Below are positions 34,875 to 47,212 of a stretch of 64,000 nucleotides of DNA, in pieces. The stretch covers positions 310,001-374,000 of the forward strand of contig OZ025701.1 in NCBI GenBank assembly GCA_964019335.1, read 5' to 3'. The translations under genes were made by a program, and so were the position numbers. Origin of the DNA: Diplonema japonicum. Its lineage: Eukaryota > Protista > Euglenozoa: Diplonemea. A model generated the notes under the pieces. That model saw only the letters and a list, made by a program, of their open reading frames with translations. It had not been told where the DNA came from and did not search any database. Each line of letters begins with the position of its first letter. Position 1 is the stretch's first letter.

Positions 34875-35865
34875 CTTATATAAATTTTTTAATCTTTCCC
34901 CCCCGAAATTTTTTTTGCTAAAATTTTTTGCCCCCCCTCCCAACGTTTCTTTTTTTTCGGGGGGGGTTTTTTTTTACTGTGTTGGTTGTTTGTTGTTCCC
35001 TAAAAAAAAGTTTTAAAAAAATCGGGTTTTTTTTGTCATTTTTGTTGTTTTTTTTTTAATTTTTTTTTTGTTTTTTTTTCCAGATGGGTTTTGTTTGTTT
35101 GTTTTTATTTCATTGGATTATTATTATTTTTTTTTAAAGTCACGCGGCAATAAGAAGGAAAAAAAAAAGGGGGGAGTAAAGCGTAATGAATGCGGAACAG
35201 AAAAAGAATGGGGTGAAGGGATCAAAAGGGGGGGAGCATGAGCAGTGTCCATGATATTATGGTGGAGAAGCAGGGGTAAGGGGGACAGACCTAGGAGTCA
35301 CTCTGTCTGACATCGTCGGGGCGGAATTAAAACTCGGTCTGTGGCCTTCAAACGGCACTTTTTTCTTCTTTTTTTTTTTCTCTCCTCCCTTCTTCATTTC
35401 ACAGTCTTTGAACTTGAAACTTGCTGGTATCAAACAAAAAAAAAGAGGGGGGGAAAACCCCCTAAGGCATAGCAGTCATCGCTCGGTAAAAGAAATTGAC
35501 AACCCCAACATCGGCGGTCAGGATACACATAAAATAAAAAAAAAGGGGGTGGTGGTGAGGAAAGATATGGGTAGAAGGCTCTTAATAAAAATACATAGGG
35601 GGGAGGGGATATCGTTTTACTATAATTTTTTTTTTTTCCCTGTCTTGCAACAGGCTTATTAACTCGCGAGAAAAAAAAAATTTTAAAAGAAAAAAAAAAA
35701 AAAAGAGGGGGAAAAAAAAAGGGGAGGGTGCAGAGACCCGCTCTAAGTGCCTTTTTTTTTTTCTTGAAAGCTCTCTGAGCACCCCCCTTCTTTTAAAAAT
35801 ATATATATATATATATAAATACCCCCCAACAAAACACTGTCCCTCTCTCCCCCCCGTTTTATTTT

Positions 35866-37554
35866 TTAAGATTTCTCTTTGCTCCGACTCATCAGGTTGG
35901 CGTTAGCACCTACCACGATCAAGGTGGTGCCAATAAAATGCATCAGCGTAAACGGTTTTGGGAACAAAAGGTACGAAAAGAGAATGGTAGACAGCTTCCT
36001 AAAGGACGTGATCAACGCTGCTGTAGAGCCCCCGTGTGACATAATCACTTGTAATACAGCGGATGTACCAAAATAAGAGCAAGCCGAAGACCCAACAACG
36101 AGAAGTAAAAACGAAGGGTTCAACGACAAAAACACCACGAAAGCCGGATAGGTAGAGCTGAGGTAGAAATAAATGATGGCGGGGATGATGGCCAACACCT
36201 GCATCAACAGAATAACCTCTTGCTTCGCGGCGTTGTACCGTCCGAACGCAAGGCCTTCCTCAACAATGAACACACCAGCATCGCATACCAAAGCAGCAGT
36301 AATATACCCTAAACCCCAATAGTCCCGTTTACCTTTAGAGACACCCGTTGACATAAAACCCAAACCGGCAACTATGAGCACCGCGCCAATCCATTGATAA
36401 ATCCCAGGTTTTTTCGCAGACCGTAGAAAAATAATTCGCGCGACCATGACCCACAATAACTTCGACGATTTGAAGACAACCTGCGTCAGATAATCCAAAT
36501 GCAAAATCGATTTATTCGTCAATATGTAAGACCCGGACATTAACAAACCCAGCAGCCCGTACACCCAGAACGGAGCTTTCATTGTAAAGGTTCCGGACAG
36601 CGATGAGGATCTCAACCGGCAATCGAGTAATGCAACACATGCAATGCAAGCTGCTTGAATCACAGACAGCGCTTCGACGTATGAGAAGGAAGGGAGGTGG
36701 AAGATCTGTTCTTTAAGAATCGCATCGAAACAGTGAAAGAAAACAACCTGTGCGGAAAGCGCTGCCAAAACGTAGAAAGGGTCTGCAGATGACGATGTTG
36801 AGCTTGTTGTGGGGTTTTTAATCACGATGTGCTCGGTGTCCATGAGGCCAGCGGTTTTAAAAATCTGCGGGATGTCAATCGTAGCGTTGATTGCCGATGT
36901 TGCCAGTTCCTTCCGGTTCACGATTTTTTCCATTGAATTGACAGGATGCTGTCGAACCATTGCCGTCCGCACGTTTCCTAGCTGTTGACAATCGAGGTTC
37001 TTCCACAGTTCGAGAACGGTGGCTTGCGGTTCTTCGGCGAGGGATTCGTATTGAATAAAATGCTTAACGATGTTCACGGGCCATTCCTCCACAATGGTTT
37101 CCCATTGCTTCACGCTTTTCTCCACAAAGCTTTCGATGTCATGGGTGGTTACCCTTACCTTTTCGGTTTCCTTCAGCTGTGCGGGTTCTTCTGTGTAGTA
37201 TCTGCCCGTTTGTTCCGCAACTTTTCGCGACACAACGAGATCCAACGCACGCGACCTCGACACCACAACAATCTTGTTTATGTCCAAAGATTCTGTTAAC
37301 TCACTAAGGTTTATTTTATGGTGAATAAGCTGTTCTGGGGTTACTCGGCAGCCGACATATTTTGCCTTAGGGTGAGTTTCCTCCGCAGTTTTCAAAACAG
37401 TTTTTATCTCATCAACAGGTGTCGCCACCACCCTCGTCACTGAAATCGGCTCAGCATGCACCACCACGACCTCCTCCCCTGATCTCAGATACGACACCAA
37501 CAATGTGGTCCCTGCCCTCTCCTGACCTATCACCAGTAATCTCTTCGCTGGCAT
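35866..37554 (-). CDS. Sulfotransferase-like domain fused to an SLC35B/UAA-family (PAPS-type) transporter
   Basis: N-terminal IGQERAGTTLL (5'-PSB-like loop), R..LDLVVS (3'-PB-like) and IQYESL. C-terminal multi-TM domain with LDYLTQVVFKSSKLLWVM and ITSFRKLSTILFSYLLFPKPF. Single uninterrupted ORF. Confidence 0.8.
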   Translation of the reverse strand: MPAKRLLVIGQERAGTTLLVSYLRSGEEVVVVHAEPISVTRVVATPVDEIKTVLKTAEETHPKAKYVGCRVTPEQLIHHKINLSELTESLDINKIVVVSRSRALDLVVSRKVAEQTGRYYTEEPAQLKETEKVRVTTHDIESFVEKSVKQWETIVEEWPVNIVKHFIQYESLAEEPQATVLELWKNLDCQQLGNVRTAMVRQHPVNSMEKIVNRKELATSAINATIDIPQIFKTAGLMDTEHIVIKNPTTSSTSSSADPFYVLAALSAQVVFFHCFDAILKEQIFHLPSFSYVEALSVIQAACIACVALLDCRLRSSSLSGTFTMKAPFWVYGLLGLLMSGSYILTNKSILHLDYLTQVVFKSSKLLWVMVARIIFLRSAKKPGIYQWIGAVLIVAGLGFMSTGVSKGKRDYWGLGYITAALVCDAGVFIVEEGLAFGRYNAAKQEVILLMQVLAIIPAIIYFYLSSTYPAFVVFLSLNPSFLLLVVGSSACSYFGTSAVLQVIMSHGGSTAALITSFRKLSTILFSYLLFPKPFTLMHFIGTTLIVVGANANLMSRSKEKS

Positions 37555-37869
37555 TTCTTTTTCTTTTTTTTTCCCCCCCCTTTTTTCTTTTTTTTTTTTT
37601 AAAACCAATATGTAATTATTTATAAATAAGAAAAAAATACATTTTTTTTTGTGGGGCAAAAAAAAAAGGAAGCAGCAAAGAACAAAGAAAGGGCCAAAGT
37701 ATATATGAATAAGGGGGGGGGGGGGTATTTTCTTTTCTGTTCTTTTTTGTTTTCTTTTTCTTTTTTACGGGGAATACAACATTTACTAGGTAGGGGGGGA
37801 GGGGGGGGGGGGGGTATGAGTAGTCGGGTGTGTGTGAGTTTTTTTTTTTTTTTTGAAACAAGGGGAAAA

Positions 37870-40800
37870 TTATTCTAGAGCACCCCACTGCAAAGAAGGA
37901 TCCGTGTTGGGATCATAAGGTGAATAAGTACCAGGCTTGTAGGTGGAATGCCTAAGAGCGGGCTGATGAGAGATGACAGGGGGGAAGTTCTTGGTAGGGG
38001 TGGGGGTAGTAGGTTGTTTCATGCATTCCACCCGTTGCCGAGCCGCTGCAAGTACAGAGAGCAATCTATCGTTTGAGTTGGGGGAACTAGGGGTAGTGGT
38101 CACAGGTGCAGTAGATGTAGGTACAGGAAGCACATTTTTCCTGGTTCTGTCCTCGCGTGCAAAAGCTTCTTTTAGCAGGTTTTGCAGTCGGCTTATCTCC
38201 CTGTTGGCGGCTTCTAATTCATCTTTTTCTTCCTTCGCCGCCTTCAGGTGCCTGAGCGCCACCCTCCTCTCCCCAGAGTGTTTAAATTTCACAATAGCAT
38301 GCTCTCCTCCTTCTAGTTCCTTGACCACTCCTCTACTGCTGTCGGGTACCATTGGGTCACCCGAAGTCTCTACAGCTGCGCCAACCCCGAACACCTTCCC
38401 CAGCTCCGCCCTCGCGCCTTGAACCTCGAAGTTCGCTTGCTCGATCCCTTCCAGCCTTTTCTGTTTTTCTTGCTTAACGAGTTTCTGCAGTTTCTGCTTG
38501 TCGCCCTTCAGCTTTTCATTCTCAAATATCACATTCGTCATATCAACACGCAGCGCCTCTGCCTCCGCCGCAGTCACGTTGTTCCTCTTCACCAGCTCGC
38601 ATTGCACATCAGTGAGCCGCTTGACTTCTCCCTCGTAAACCCTTGCCGTCTGTGTCTCTTGTATCTCAACTTGCATTGCCTGCATGTTGCCCTGTGCTTG
38701 CATTGTCAGTTCCAACACCTTTAACTGTTCTCTGAGCTTCATGCTTTCTTGCTTCTCCGTTTCGAGTTGTCTTGTGAGCGATGTGATCTGTGGCAGTTTG
38801 TGGTGTCTTGTCCATACCCTAAGCACCTCCTGGTCGGGCACAGGAGTGAGGTTCTCTGGCCGTATGCCACGCACAGGATGCATCGTACCGAAGTTCACAA
38901 GGACACGATCGTGCTCGTACCCAACGACAGTACCATGGGCACCGTTCAGTTGCACGGACCGGCGCAGGCCTGAAGCTTCCACTGTAGTCGTGACAGGGAA
39001 GGTCTCTTTCAGTGTGTTTGCGTCTGAGATGACTATCGGCAGGAGCTCGTCTGGTGGGGTATCGGCGTAAACAGGGTCGCTGCTCACGACATGGAATGCC
39101 GCCCAATCTGCCATCTCTGTTGCGATACTCTCTTCTAAGGTGATGACTGACCGCTGATACAGCTCCTCCTCGAACAGTGTGCGCAGCCTGATGATGAGCC
39201 GTGTCGTCGACGCAGCGGCCCTCGGCTCGTACGTGTCATGTACGTCGATAGTGCAGTCTGTCCCTGTCGCAGCATCCTGCTGCGGCGCAAGGTCGGTGGT
39301 TTCAGTAGCAGTGTCGCATGGGAGAACAAGACCCTCCGTGTCGGTGGTCGTGTCCTGCAGTGCGAAAAGGTCACGGCTATCGGTTTCTGTGTCCTGCATT
39401 GTTGCTGGACACTGCAGGCCCTGGCTGGTGGCCGAGGCGTCAGTGGTGTTAATTTGGATACAAACATCCCTCTTCAGCTTGCTCTGGGTGCATGCATCGG
39501 CTGTAGCAGCGACCCCAGACGGCAGGAGCGTGGCAGGGCTCGATGCTGCGTCGATGGGGATGTAGATATCGTCATCGATGTACAAGTCGTCGACGCTAGA
39601 GTGGTAGGAGTCAGGTTTCAGGATCTTGGGCTCGGGGCTGACAGCTTTGTGCACGAAGGCAAGCTCACTAGGAGTGCGTGTGCGTGCTTCACGCCGCTCT
39701 GCCCAGCTGCGCGATTCGCTTATGCTTTCGCTCTCCTCCAAGTGTCGGCTGCTGTCATCGATCGTTGGTGGCACCTCGGGATAGGACATCGTCTCATAGT
39801 AGGGGGGAACAGAAGGCGGGATGGAACACACTGCAGCATCGTGAGAAAAGCTGCTCAACGGAGTCACAGGCAAGGACACCTTTGCTGCGTGTATGGAAAG
39901 GCCCCGCGGCGTCATGTGCAACGGGGTTAGAGTTGTCGCGTTGGAACACGTCTCAGAAGTAGTTTCGTCTACCTGTTCATCTCCCTCATGTTCATGTTCG
40001 TGTCTTTCTTCTTCTTCTTCTTCCACTCCTTCCTCATCCACCTCTGTAGCCACCTCAAGGACTATGTTATACTCCACTTCTGGCTCATCGTCCTTTGGAT
40101 CCTCCTCCCGTTCTTCCTCTTCAGAATACTGCTCAGGCAGCGAGGGGGACACACGCCCATAACCTTCAGCTGGCACTTCTGACTGAGGTTCTCTGCCAGT
40201 TGCCTGTCGAGCACGAGGCTCCACTCTCAGGAGATCTTCCCATTCTTTCCCTTCCTGCTCGCACAGAATGGTCCGTCCAATGGTCTCACCCCAGAACACT
40301 TCCTCTTCGAAGAGCTGTCTTTTCTCTGTTTTTCTTTTAGCCGCCTTCTTCGACCTTATTTCGTCGTCAAGTACCCTGGTGTACTCGGCCTTCTGTTCGC
40401 GTTCAATAACACCCCGCATGTGCTGCATCCACAACATGAAGATGCTTTCACGTTCAGCCCCTTCTTCCACCATGGCATCACGCCTGCCCACCTCTTCTTC
40501 CCAGAATATTGTGTCCAAACCATGCTTCGCTTCTGCCGCTGTCGTGATCGTGCTTCGGATCTGTTGCATAATATAACTTGGTGGTTGTGGCATACCACTT
40601 CTTGGGTCCCTGCGAAGTGCTGCTCCATCAATGCCTCCCACGCAGCGTCTTCTTCCTTCATCAGAGCTTCCCGGGCAGCTTCAAACTCAGGGCACATCTG
40701 TTGATATTTATACAGTCGCAGCACGTGACACACCTTATTGTAAAGAGTTGCTTCAGAGGAGGTGCTTTTGTGGACTGCCATGAGGTGCACGATGTCCCAC

Positions 40801-43800
40801 CACGCAGCGTCTTCTTCGACAATGACATCCTCGCGGTGCTGCTCCTCTGTCCACGGGACTTCACGCGTAGTGCGAACTTGCTCGTCGTTCTGGATGGTGG
40901 TGTCAAACTGTAGCACCTTGACAATGGGCTTCACATCGAGCACAATGAGCTCCCTCCCCTTCAGTTCTTCTCTGGCAATGTCGCCTCGCATGGCCTCTTC
41001 CGTGATGAACATATCGGTTACTTCCTTCAACTCTCGAGCGACCCTCGACTGTGTCACTCGTCTCGCGTTCTTTCTCTCTTCTCTTTCGATGCTCATCAGC
41101 GACCTCCACAGCTGTGCTTCTTCTAATATCAGGTAGTTTCTTGCGTCGATCTCTTCCCGTGTCCTGCCTTGTTCCCTCCGGCCTGCAGCCTCGTTCTCAA
41201 CCGCCATCGCTTGTGACAGCTCCGCCCAAGCAGTAGCCTCTTTCAGGGCTAGGAAAGACCTGCCCTCCTGCTCTTCATCAGACATCTTCAGGCGCTCCTT
41301 GCGGTATCGTGCCAGTTTGTAATCCCTTGCCTCTGTTCTCTCTAGTTGTTCGTGTTCCATGAGGCGCACCCATGCCTCGTGTTCCAAGGTGAGGAGGTTG
41401 CTGTGCTCTTGATGCTGGAGCTTTACCAAGGATTCGATGCTCATGCGGTGTATCTCTGCACGTTCCGAGAGCCGTATCTGGTGTCGATTCGCTTGTGCCT
41501 CCTTCATCAAGAGCTCCCACCGCATCTGCTCGTCAGAGAGGATTTCGTCCCTGATGTCCGCTTCTTCTGTCATTATTTCTCGCCTGTAGGACTCGAGCCC
41601 AGTCAGGCGTTTTGCTGTCAGAGCTTCCGCTTCTTTGCGATGCAGAACGGCTTGGTCTATGAGAGCGTTCCATGCCTCTTGCTCCTCCTGCATGATTGCT
41701 TTACGTGGGGGGGCTTCTCGCATCGCGACTTCGTCGCGCTGCTTTTGCAGTTTCGCTTCCCGAACACGACGTGCAGCATCGTGGACACCCTGTTCCTCTT
41801 GCACCATCAGTAATGCCAATGCCTTTCGTGCCTCTTCCTCGGCCGCTTCGATACCTTCCCTTCCCCTGTCTGCCATGTCAATCATTGCTTCACGTTGTTT
41901 CATTTGCTTCTCAGCCGCTGCTGTTATCTCCGCCCTTCTAACTAGCTCGAGGTCCTGTTCTCGCAGCCCAACAAGCGCTTCCCAGGCTTCTTGCTCCTCC
42001 CGCAGCACACTGTTGCGCTTCATGTCTTCGAACAGCTCGACACCTTCACGTTGCGAGTCGTCGCACGTGGCGAGGAGGTTTTTCCAATCATTCTCCTCGT
42101 GGACCGACAGCGCTTCACGCACGATCCCCTCCTCTTTGACTACTGCATCGAGGGCACTATACAAGACACCAATTGAAGCCATGTTCTTCCCGGAGAAGGC
42201 GATGATGTTAGACCACGCAGCGGCTTCTTCACCCTCTATGATACTTCGCTGGAGCCCCTCGTTGCTGTCCAGGGTTTGCCGTTCGGAGCTATGTTTTTCC
42301 ATGCTGCCATTCAGGTTGAGCGCAATGTTCTGGAGAGCGTTGAAGGCATCCTCCTCCTCCTCCTCGATGTCCACGCGTTGGTCCTCTTCGTCGTCTTGAA
42401 GGGAGGTCGATTCGTCTGCGAATCTTCTGTTCATCTTGTGTGAGGCACTCTCCATAGAGGACTGAACCTGCGCCATGATGGCCTCCCACCCTGTCTGTTC
42501 CTCATAGGAGACCACGCTGCGCTTGGTGGGTTCCTTTTCCTCGATGACCTTGATACCATTGCGGACGGGCGTGTCGTCTTTGTCCACTTGGAGAAGGAAG
42601 GTGATCTTCGCACCGGCATCGATCCCCGCGCGGAGCAGTTTGATCTCCAAGGGCAGCGTCCGTGCATCATCACATGTCATCGATGCGTCCAGTGACACGA
42701 CGCCAGTCCCGTAGCACTCGTCCCTCTCGCTCAGGATAGATACCCAGAGATATTGCTTCTTCAAGTATTCTCTTGAGTGCGTGGCTGGCACAACTGGGGG
42801 CAGTGCCTGTACCATGTAGCCCAAGGGTGTCTCTGTAGACGGCGTCATGGGCATCTTGACTGTCGGCCCGTCAGAAAAGTCACACCACACAGCAATAACA
42901 GGACGCTGTGGGAGGGTCTTGCCTTGCATCTCGCAAGCACCGGGTGCTCCTTGACTGCAAACCAGCTCTACATTCAGCAGACTGAACTTCTGCAATGGAC
43001 AGGGCGTGCTGAACGCTTCCACGTACGTCAGTAGCGTCGGGATGGCGAAGATGTTGCTCACCGCAGGGCTCAGGTTCCGCTGTTTTTGGTAAAACGCCTT
43101 GTAGCAATTATCGAGAGGGATCACCTTGGTACCTAACTGAGACTTCCATAGGATTCTAAGCTTCAGATTCTCCTCGTTCAGCTGGTGGTTCATAACTAAG
43201 TCAGCCTCTTTGAACCCTGCGAGACACCGCTCTTCTTGTATTTCTCTTGTAAGACGATCGCAGTTTCTCGGAAGCATGCTGAGCCTCTGCCAGTTGTGGT
43301 TTTCAACTTCTGCGCCGTACTCAAGGCCGCCCATGAAGAAGGCGTGGTGGCTTTTTTGGACGGTGTCGCCGGCGTGGGAGGGGCCGATTTCGAGCTTGGT
43401 GAGAAGGTCTTTGATGATCCCGTTGCGGAGTTGAATAGAAGCTTCGCCCTCGTCGTCAGACAAGAGGGCCATTTTGGTGCCGACGAATAGGAGCGACGTC
43501 TCGTTGATAGAAAGGTTCAGGGCCACGAGGTCCACCAGCATGGACTCGGCTCGGTTTTTAATACCCATCTTCTGTTTTAATGTGGGCGTTCTTGTTGTTG
43601 CAGATCTCGAAAGGGAACCTGTCCATGCACCGGTCTGGGATATCCGTAGAGCTTTTGTCTTCTGACACACAACTGTCATCGCCACAGTCCGCTTCCCGGA
43701 CTCGAGCTCCGTCGAGAGCAGTGGGACGTAGTCATCTCCAAGATGCTTGGTGACCATCTCCCCCAGCTGCCCACACTTCTGCATCACTGTCGGTATGTCC

Positions 43801-44459
43801 ACAAAGCATGTGACATAGAAATCTGCAGCGCCGACAGGCATCCAGTCATGTAAATCCCCTGGGTTCGGCATGGCCCCTCGAAGATCCTTTGTCCCCGTCC
43901 ACACCTTGATCTCTTCATACGGCTGTGGGAACATCCGCAACTTGCATGCTCCGTTAATGACATGCCGTTCGCCCTCTGCCCCGCCGATCATGTTCGTTTC
44001 GAGCTTCCCCTTGATCTCCACCATAGAAGGCTGGGACTTCCTCCCGCAAAGGCTCGGGCACCATACAGGGAACATCCGAAGTGCCTTGGCCAACTCGTAA
44101 AAACGTTGCCGCTCTGTCCCGTTAGAGTACACAAGGTCGTAAGGGTGCTCTGCCTTAAAGAATCGAAGGCGCAACCGCTTCTCATCACTCTGATCACGCT
44201 CGGCCCTGTACAGGGAAGAATGGACATGGGTTTTCGATTTGTCGCTGTTCTGGGACGACCATGTCTCTGCACCTGTCTTCCCGATCTGCATCTGTGCGAA
44301 CGACCTCATGAAGAAATCCAAGCCCCACACCCTCTCCTTCTTCGTCAATGCTGCTAAGGTGTGCTCCGGGTTGTACTTCGCCACTCGGAACAGCGACCGC
44401 AGCCACTCCGCTCCCCATATGTCATCGACATCGAGGAAGTGATCACATGGCAGATCCAT
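37870..44459 (-). CDS. SHIP-like PH/inositol 5-phosphatase/C2 protein (catalytically degenerate) with long helical repeats, SH3/KOW-like domains and coiled coil; 35-nt intron 40561-40595
   Basis: IKVWTGTKD, DFYVTCFVD, FFMGGLEY and RILWK align with 5-phosphatase motifs. LPPVVP...REYLKKQYLWVSILSE.DECYGTGVVSL resembles the SHIP C2 domain. Intron GTATGC..AACAG joins the 1386-aa and 923-aa ORFs in frame (QEV|IRST). Confidence 0.75.
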
Positions 44460-44554
44460 TGATTCATGTAGCGGCCAGGATCCTGGGTGTGTTAACATGT
44501 GACAGGCGGGAAACAAAAAGGAGAAATACTACAAAAAAAAAATAATAAGATAGA

Positions 44555-47110
44555 CTATTCTATTGTGGCACTGAGGGAGGTCAGCGACCTGGTGAGGTCG
44601 GAAGGGTCTTGTTTGAGGGCGTCGATCATCACTTTGGCGCGTTGGAAGTCCACGAAGACACGGTTGCGTGTCCCACGGCGGCGCTCGGCCTCTTTGTTTG
44701 TGTTGACATAGAACTGTGCGAGGTACTCGCTCACGAGGCTTTGGTAGTTCTGCCACGTTTGTGACCGGAAACCACTCATGCAGGTTGCGAAGAACTCCAG
44801 TTCTATTTCAAGCTGTAGAGTTGCGTTAGCAGAAGCCATGTCCGACAGGTTAAAGAAGTCCAGCTGCTTCACTGCGAACAAAAAGGTCCCCATCGTCTGG
44901 TTGAACGTAGCTGTCATAACATCCCGTGTAGCATGCCCCCGTGTGAGCCTGATCGTTGCCTCGTGCAGCTCCACTAGCTCCAACAGCAGGTCGTGACAAT
45001 AGTTTCTTAGCCTAGTTGGGACAGCTGCGTACGCCCAGTTCGTGTCTGTTCGCATGAACCCATCGACAGAGATGATACGGGTGATCTGTTGCATGCGGCC
45101 CGATACAACATTCTGCACGATCTTCTCCTTTACAGCTTTGATGAAGCGGCGCAATGTGCCCAGGTCGCTTTGTTTCTTCTCCTCTGTGATGATCGGCGAC
45201 TGCACCGACTTCCCGAAGTCGACAGACATCGATGACATCGAACGGTCAAAGCCCCCCTTGGAGTCCGCCACGTCTTCGCCAAGCGTCCTTGCGAACGCTG
45301 AGAATGTATTCGCCGACACCACCTCCTCGAACACATGGCAGTCCGCCCAAACAATCAGTAGCTTGTCCTCGTGGGACAGGGATTTCTCCCTAACCGCGGC
45401 CTCGCCGCCGGACAAGTAGTTTGCAAGTGCTGACTTAGATTGCACTCTCGCTTTTGTCTTCCCTTCGTTCCTACCTTCTTCAAAGGCGAGGTGGTGCAGC
45501 AGGTCCACGAAGTCCTTATGTGCTTGGAAGATCCGTTCTTTGAGGTCTTCCATCTGGTGTGCATCTGAGGTGAGCTCATCGCTGCTGTCCATCAGCGTCT
45601 GCAGGTTGAGGATTGCTGTTTCGAACTTCAGGGGCAGGTCGGTCGACTGCAGTGTGCGTGACACTTTGAAGCTGACCTTCCAGTCCACGCTTGCTGCCCA
45701 GGATGCAATCTCGTTTGTGAGCTGCCCACACGCCTGCTGAACAAACTGGGCTTGGCACTTGTCCCGTAGCTCGGTTAGCACCAACCTCCCATGGTTAGGG
45801 GGCGTTGTTGCCTGCAAGATATACGAAATTGGCTTCACAATCGAGAGCAGTGCAGAACGCCATTCCTGGAGGGACGCACCACTGTGCGAGTCGGGCTGTA
45901 GGTGCGTGATGCAAGGCCACACGAATTTCTCGAACTCGTAAGCCAAATCAATGAACAGCTTGCCCACTTCTTTCTCGGTGCCCTGCGGTGCCTCGCCACG
46001 CTGCTCCATCTTCCTTTCTTCCCACTGCTGCTGGTAGATCGTCCAGAAGCAGACCAAATGATTGGCTAAATTCTGCCCACACTCAGCAATGTACATCAAG
46101 GTCTCTGGGAGGGCACAGGACTCGGAGACCTTGTCAATCTCGGCGAGGAGGTCTTTGCTGCTAGCGATGCGACGGCTGTTGAAACCGAACTCGGATTCCT
46201 TGTATTTGATACCGAGCTGGCTGGACATGGCGCGCGCACGTAATTGGGCACTGCTCTTGACAGACATCATCTGCTGCCACGCAGCTTCCTGTTCTTTGGC
46301 ACGGAGAGCATTTTGCTGGTACTGGTTGATGATTGACTCGAGATTCTTGATAGACTGCGCGAAGACGGCGAAGAGGCGTGCTTTCACAATACTGACGTAC
46401 TCCCTGAGAAGCTGAGGGGTGTCGAGATCGCGGAGGACGGTGAGAAGGTCGAGCTGCGCGTGGGTTTCCGTCTGACCGCTCTCGCCGATGGGGATGCTCT
46501 TGAGCTTTGTGAGTAGCTCGCTGCGGAGCTCCGCGACTGCTTCGTTGATCTCACTGAAGACACCACGAAAGAGTTTCGCGCCCTGGCGGTGCCTGTCGTA
46601 TTTGTGGTCGGCTTCGTAATGCTGCGCACGCTTGTAGTCGTAGATGACCTTCTGGTACTCTTCTGCTTGAATATTTTTCTTGATCGTTTCGGGGATTGAA
46701 AGAAGAAACTGGAACTTGTCGAAGACTTGCGAAGCTTGTTTGAGCTCCACCAAAGTCGTGTCCTTGCTCAGCAATTCCGTGAACGCTGCGCTACATTTAT
46801 CCTCCACTTCTCTCTGATCCTTGCAAAACGCCCCCATCGTGTCCCTATGCAACAGCGCTCCATCCGACCCATGTAGCTTCTCCACAGTGTCCTTGCACGC
46901 TATGAAGGTTTTCAGGTGCTGCGCCACCATGAGCCGCATGTCGTGTACCCCTTTCATCTGTTCGCCCTTTATGTTCTCTATTTCCTCTATTATCTGCCCG
47001 TAGTCCTTTTCCTTCATGTGTGTGTTAATATAGTCATTTGGGTTGAACTTTTGCGAGTTCAGGTCCACAGTGTTGTGCTCATCCCTCACTCTTGTACGTA
47101 CTCGCGACAT
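44555..47110 (-). CDS. SEC5: Exocyst complex component Sec5/EXOC2
   Basis: FNPNDYI..H, MVAQHLKTFIACKDTV, FQFLLSIPETIKKNIQAEEYQKVIYDYKRA and C-terminal RNYCHDLLLELVELH / LQLEIELEF motifs. Confidence 0.8.
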   Translation of the reverse strand: MSRVRTRVRDEHNTVDLNSQKFNPNDYINTHMKEKDYGQIIEEIENIKGEQMKGVHDMRLMVAQHLKTFIACKDTVEKLHGSDGALLHRDTMGAFCKDQREVEDKCSAAFTELLSKDTTLVELKQASQVFDKFQFLLSIPETIKKNIQAEEYQKVIYDYKRAQHYEADHKYDRHRQGAKLFRGVFSEINEAVAELRSELLTKLKSIPIGESGQTETHAQLDLLTVLRDLDTPQLLREYVSIVKARLFAVFAQSIKNLESIINQYQQNALRAKEQEAAWQQMMSVKSSAQLRARAMSSQLGIKYKESEFGFNSRRIASSKDLLAEIDKVSESCALPETLMYIAECGQNLANHLVCFWTIYQQQWEERKMEQRGEAPQGTEKEVGKLFIDLAYEFEKFVWPCITHLQPDSHSGASLQEWRSALLSIVKPISYILQATTPPNHGRLVLTELRDKCQAQFVQQACGQLTNEIASWAASVDWKVSFKVSRTLQSTDLPLKFETAILNLQTLMDSSDELTSDAHQMEDLKERIFQAHKDFVDLLHHLAFEEGRNEGKTKARVQSKSALANYLSGGEAAVREKSLSHEDKLLIVWADCHVFEEVVSANTFSAFARTLGEDVADSKGGFDRSMSSMSVDFGKSVQSPIITEEKKQSDLGTLRRFIKAVKEKIVQNVVSGRMQQITRIISVDGFMRTDTNWAYAAVPTRLRNYCHDLLLELVELHEATIRLTRGHATRDVMTATFNQTMGTFLFAVKQLDFFNLSDMASANATLQLEIELEFFATCMSGFRSQTWQNYQSLVSEYLAQFYVNTNKEAERRRGTRNRVFVDFQRAKVMIDALKQDPSDLTRSLTSLSATIE

Positions 47111-47212
47111 CTTCCCCTGATGAAGGTTGTGGGGGTTGGAATTAGAATCAGTATGAATTTTAAGGGTGGGGGGATAAATTTTGAGAAGTTACAATTATGG
47201 TATTTGTGTAAA

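Noticed and set aside
40356-40641. Overlapping same-strand ORFs suggesting programmed frameshifting (also at 8.3-8.9, 12.3-13.3 and 58.3-58.7 kb)
   Set aside because: Each overlap is resolved by a short canonical GT-AG intron.
44459-44555. Possible SEC5-5-phosphatase fusion or stop-codon readthrough
   Set aside because: No strong in-phase donor, the SEC5 frame closes again after the TAG, and the 96-nt spacer equals other intergenic spacers with a normal acceptor.
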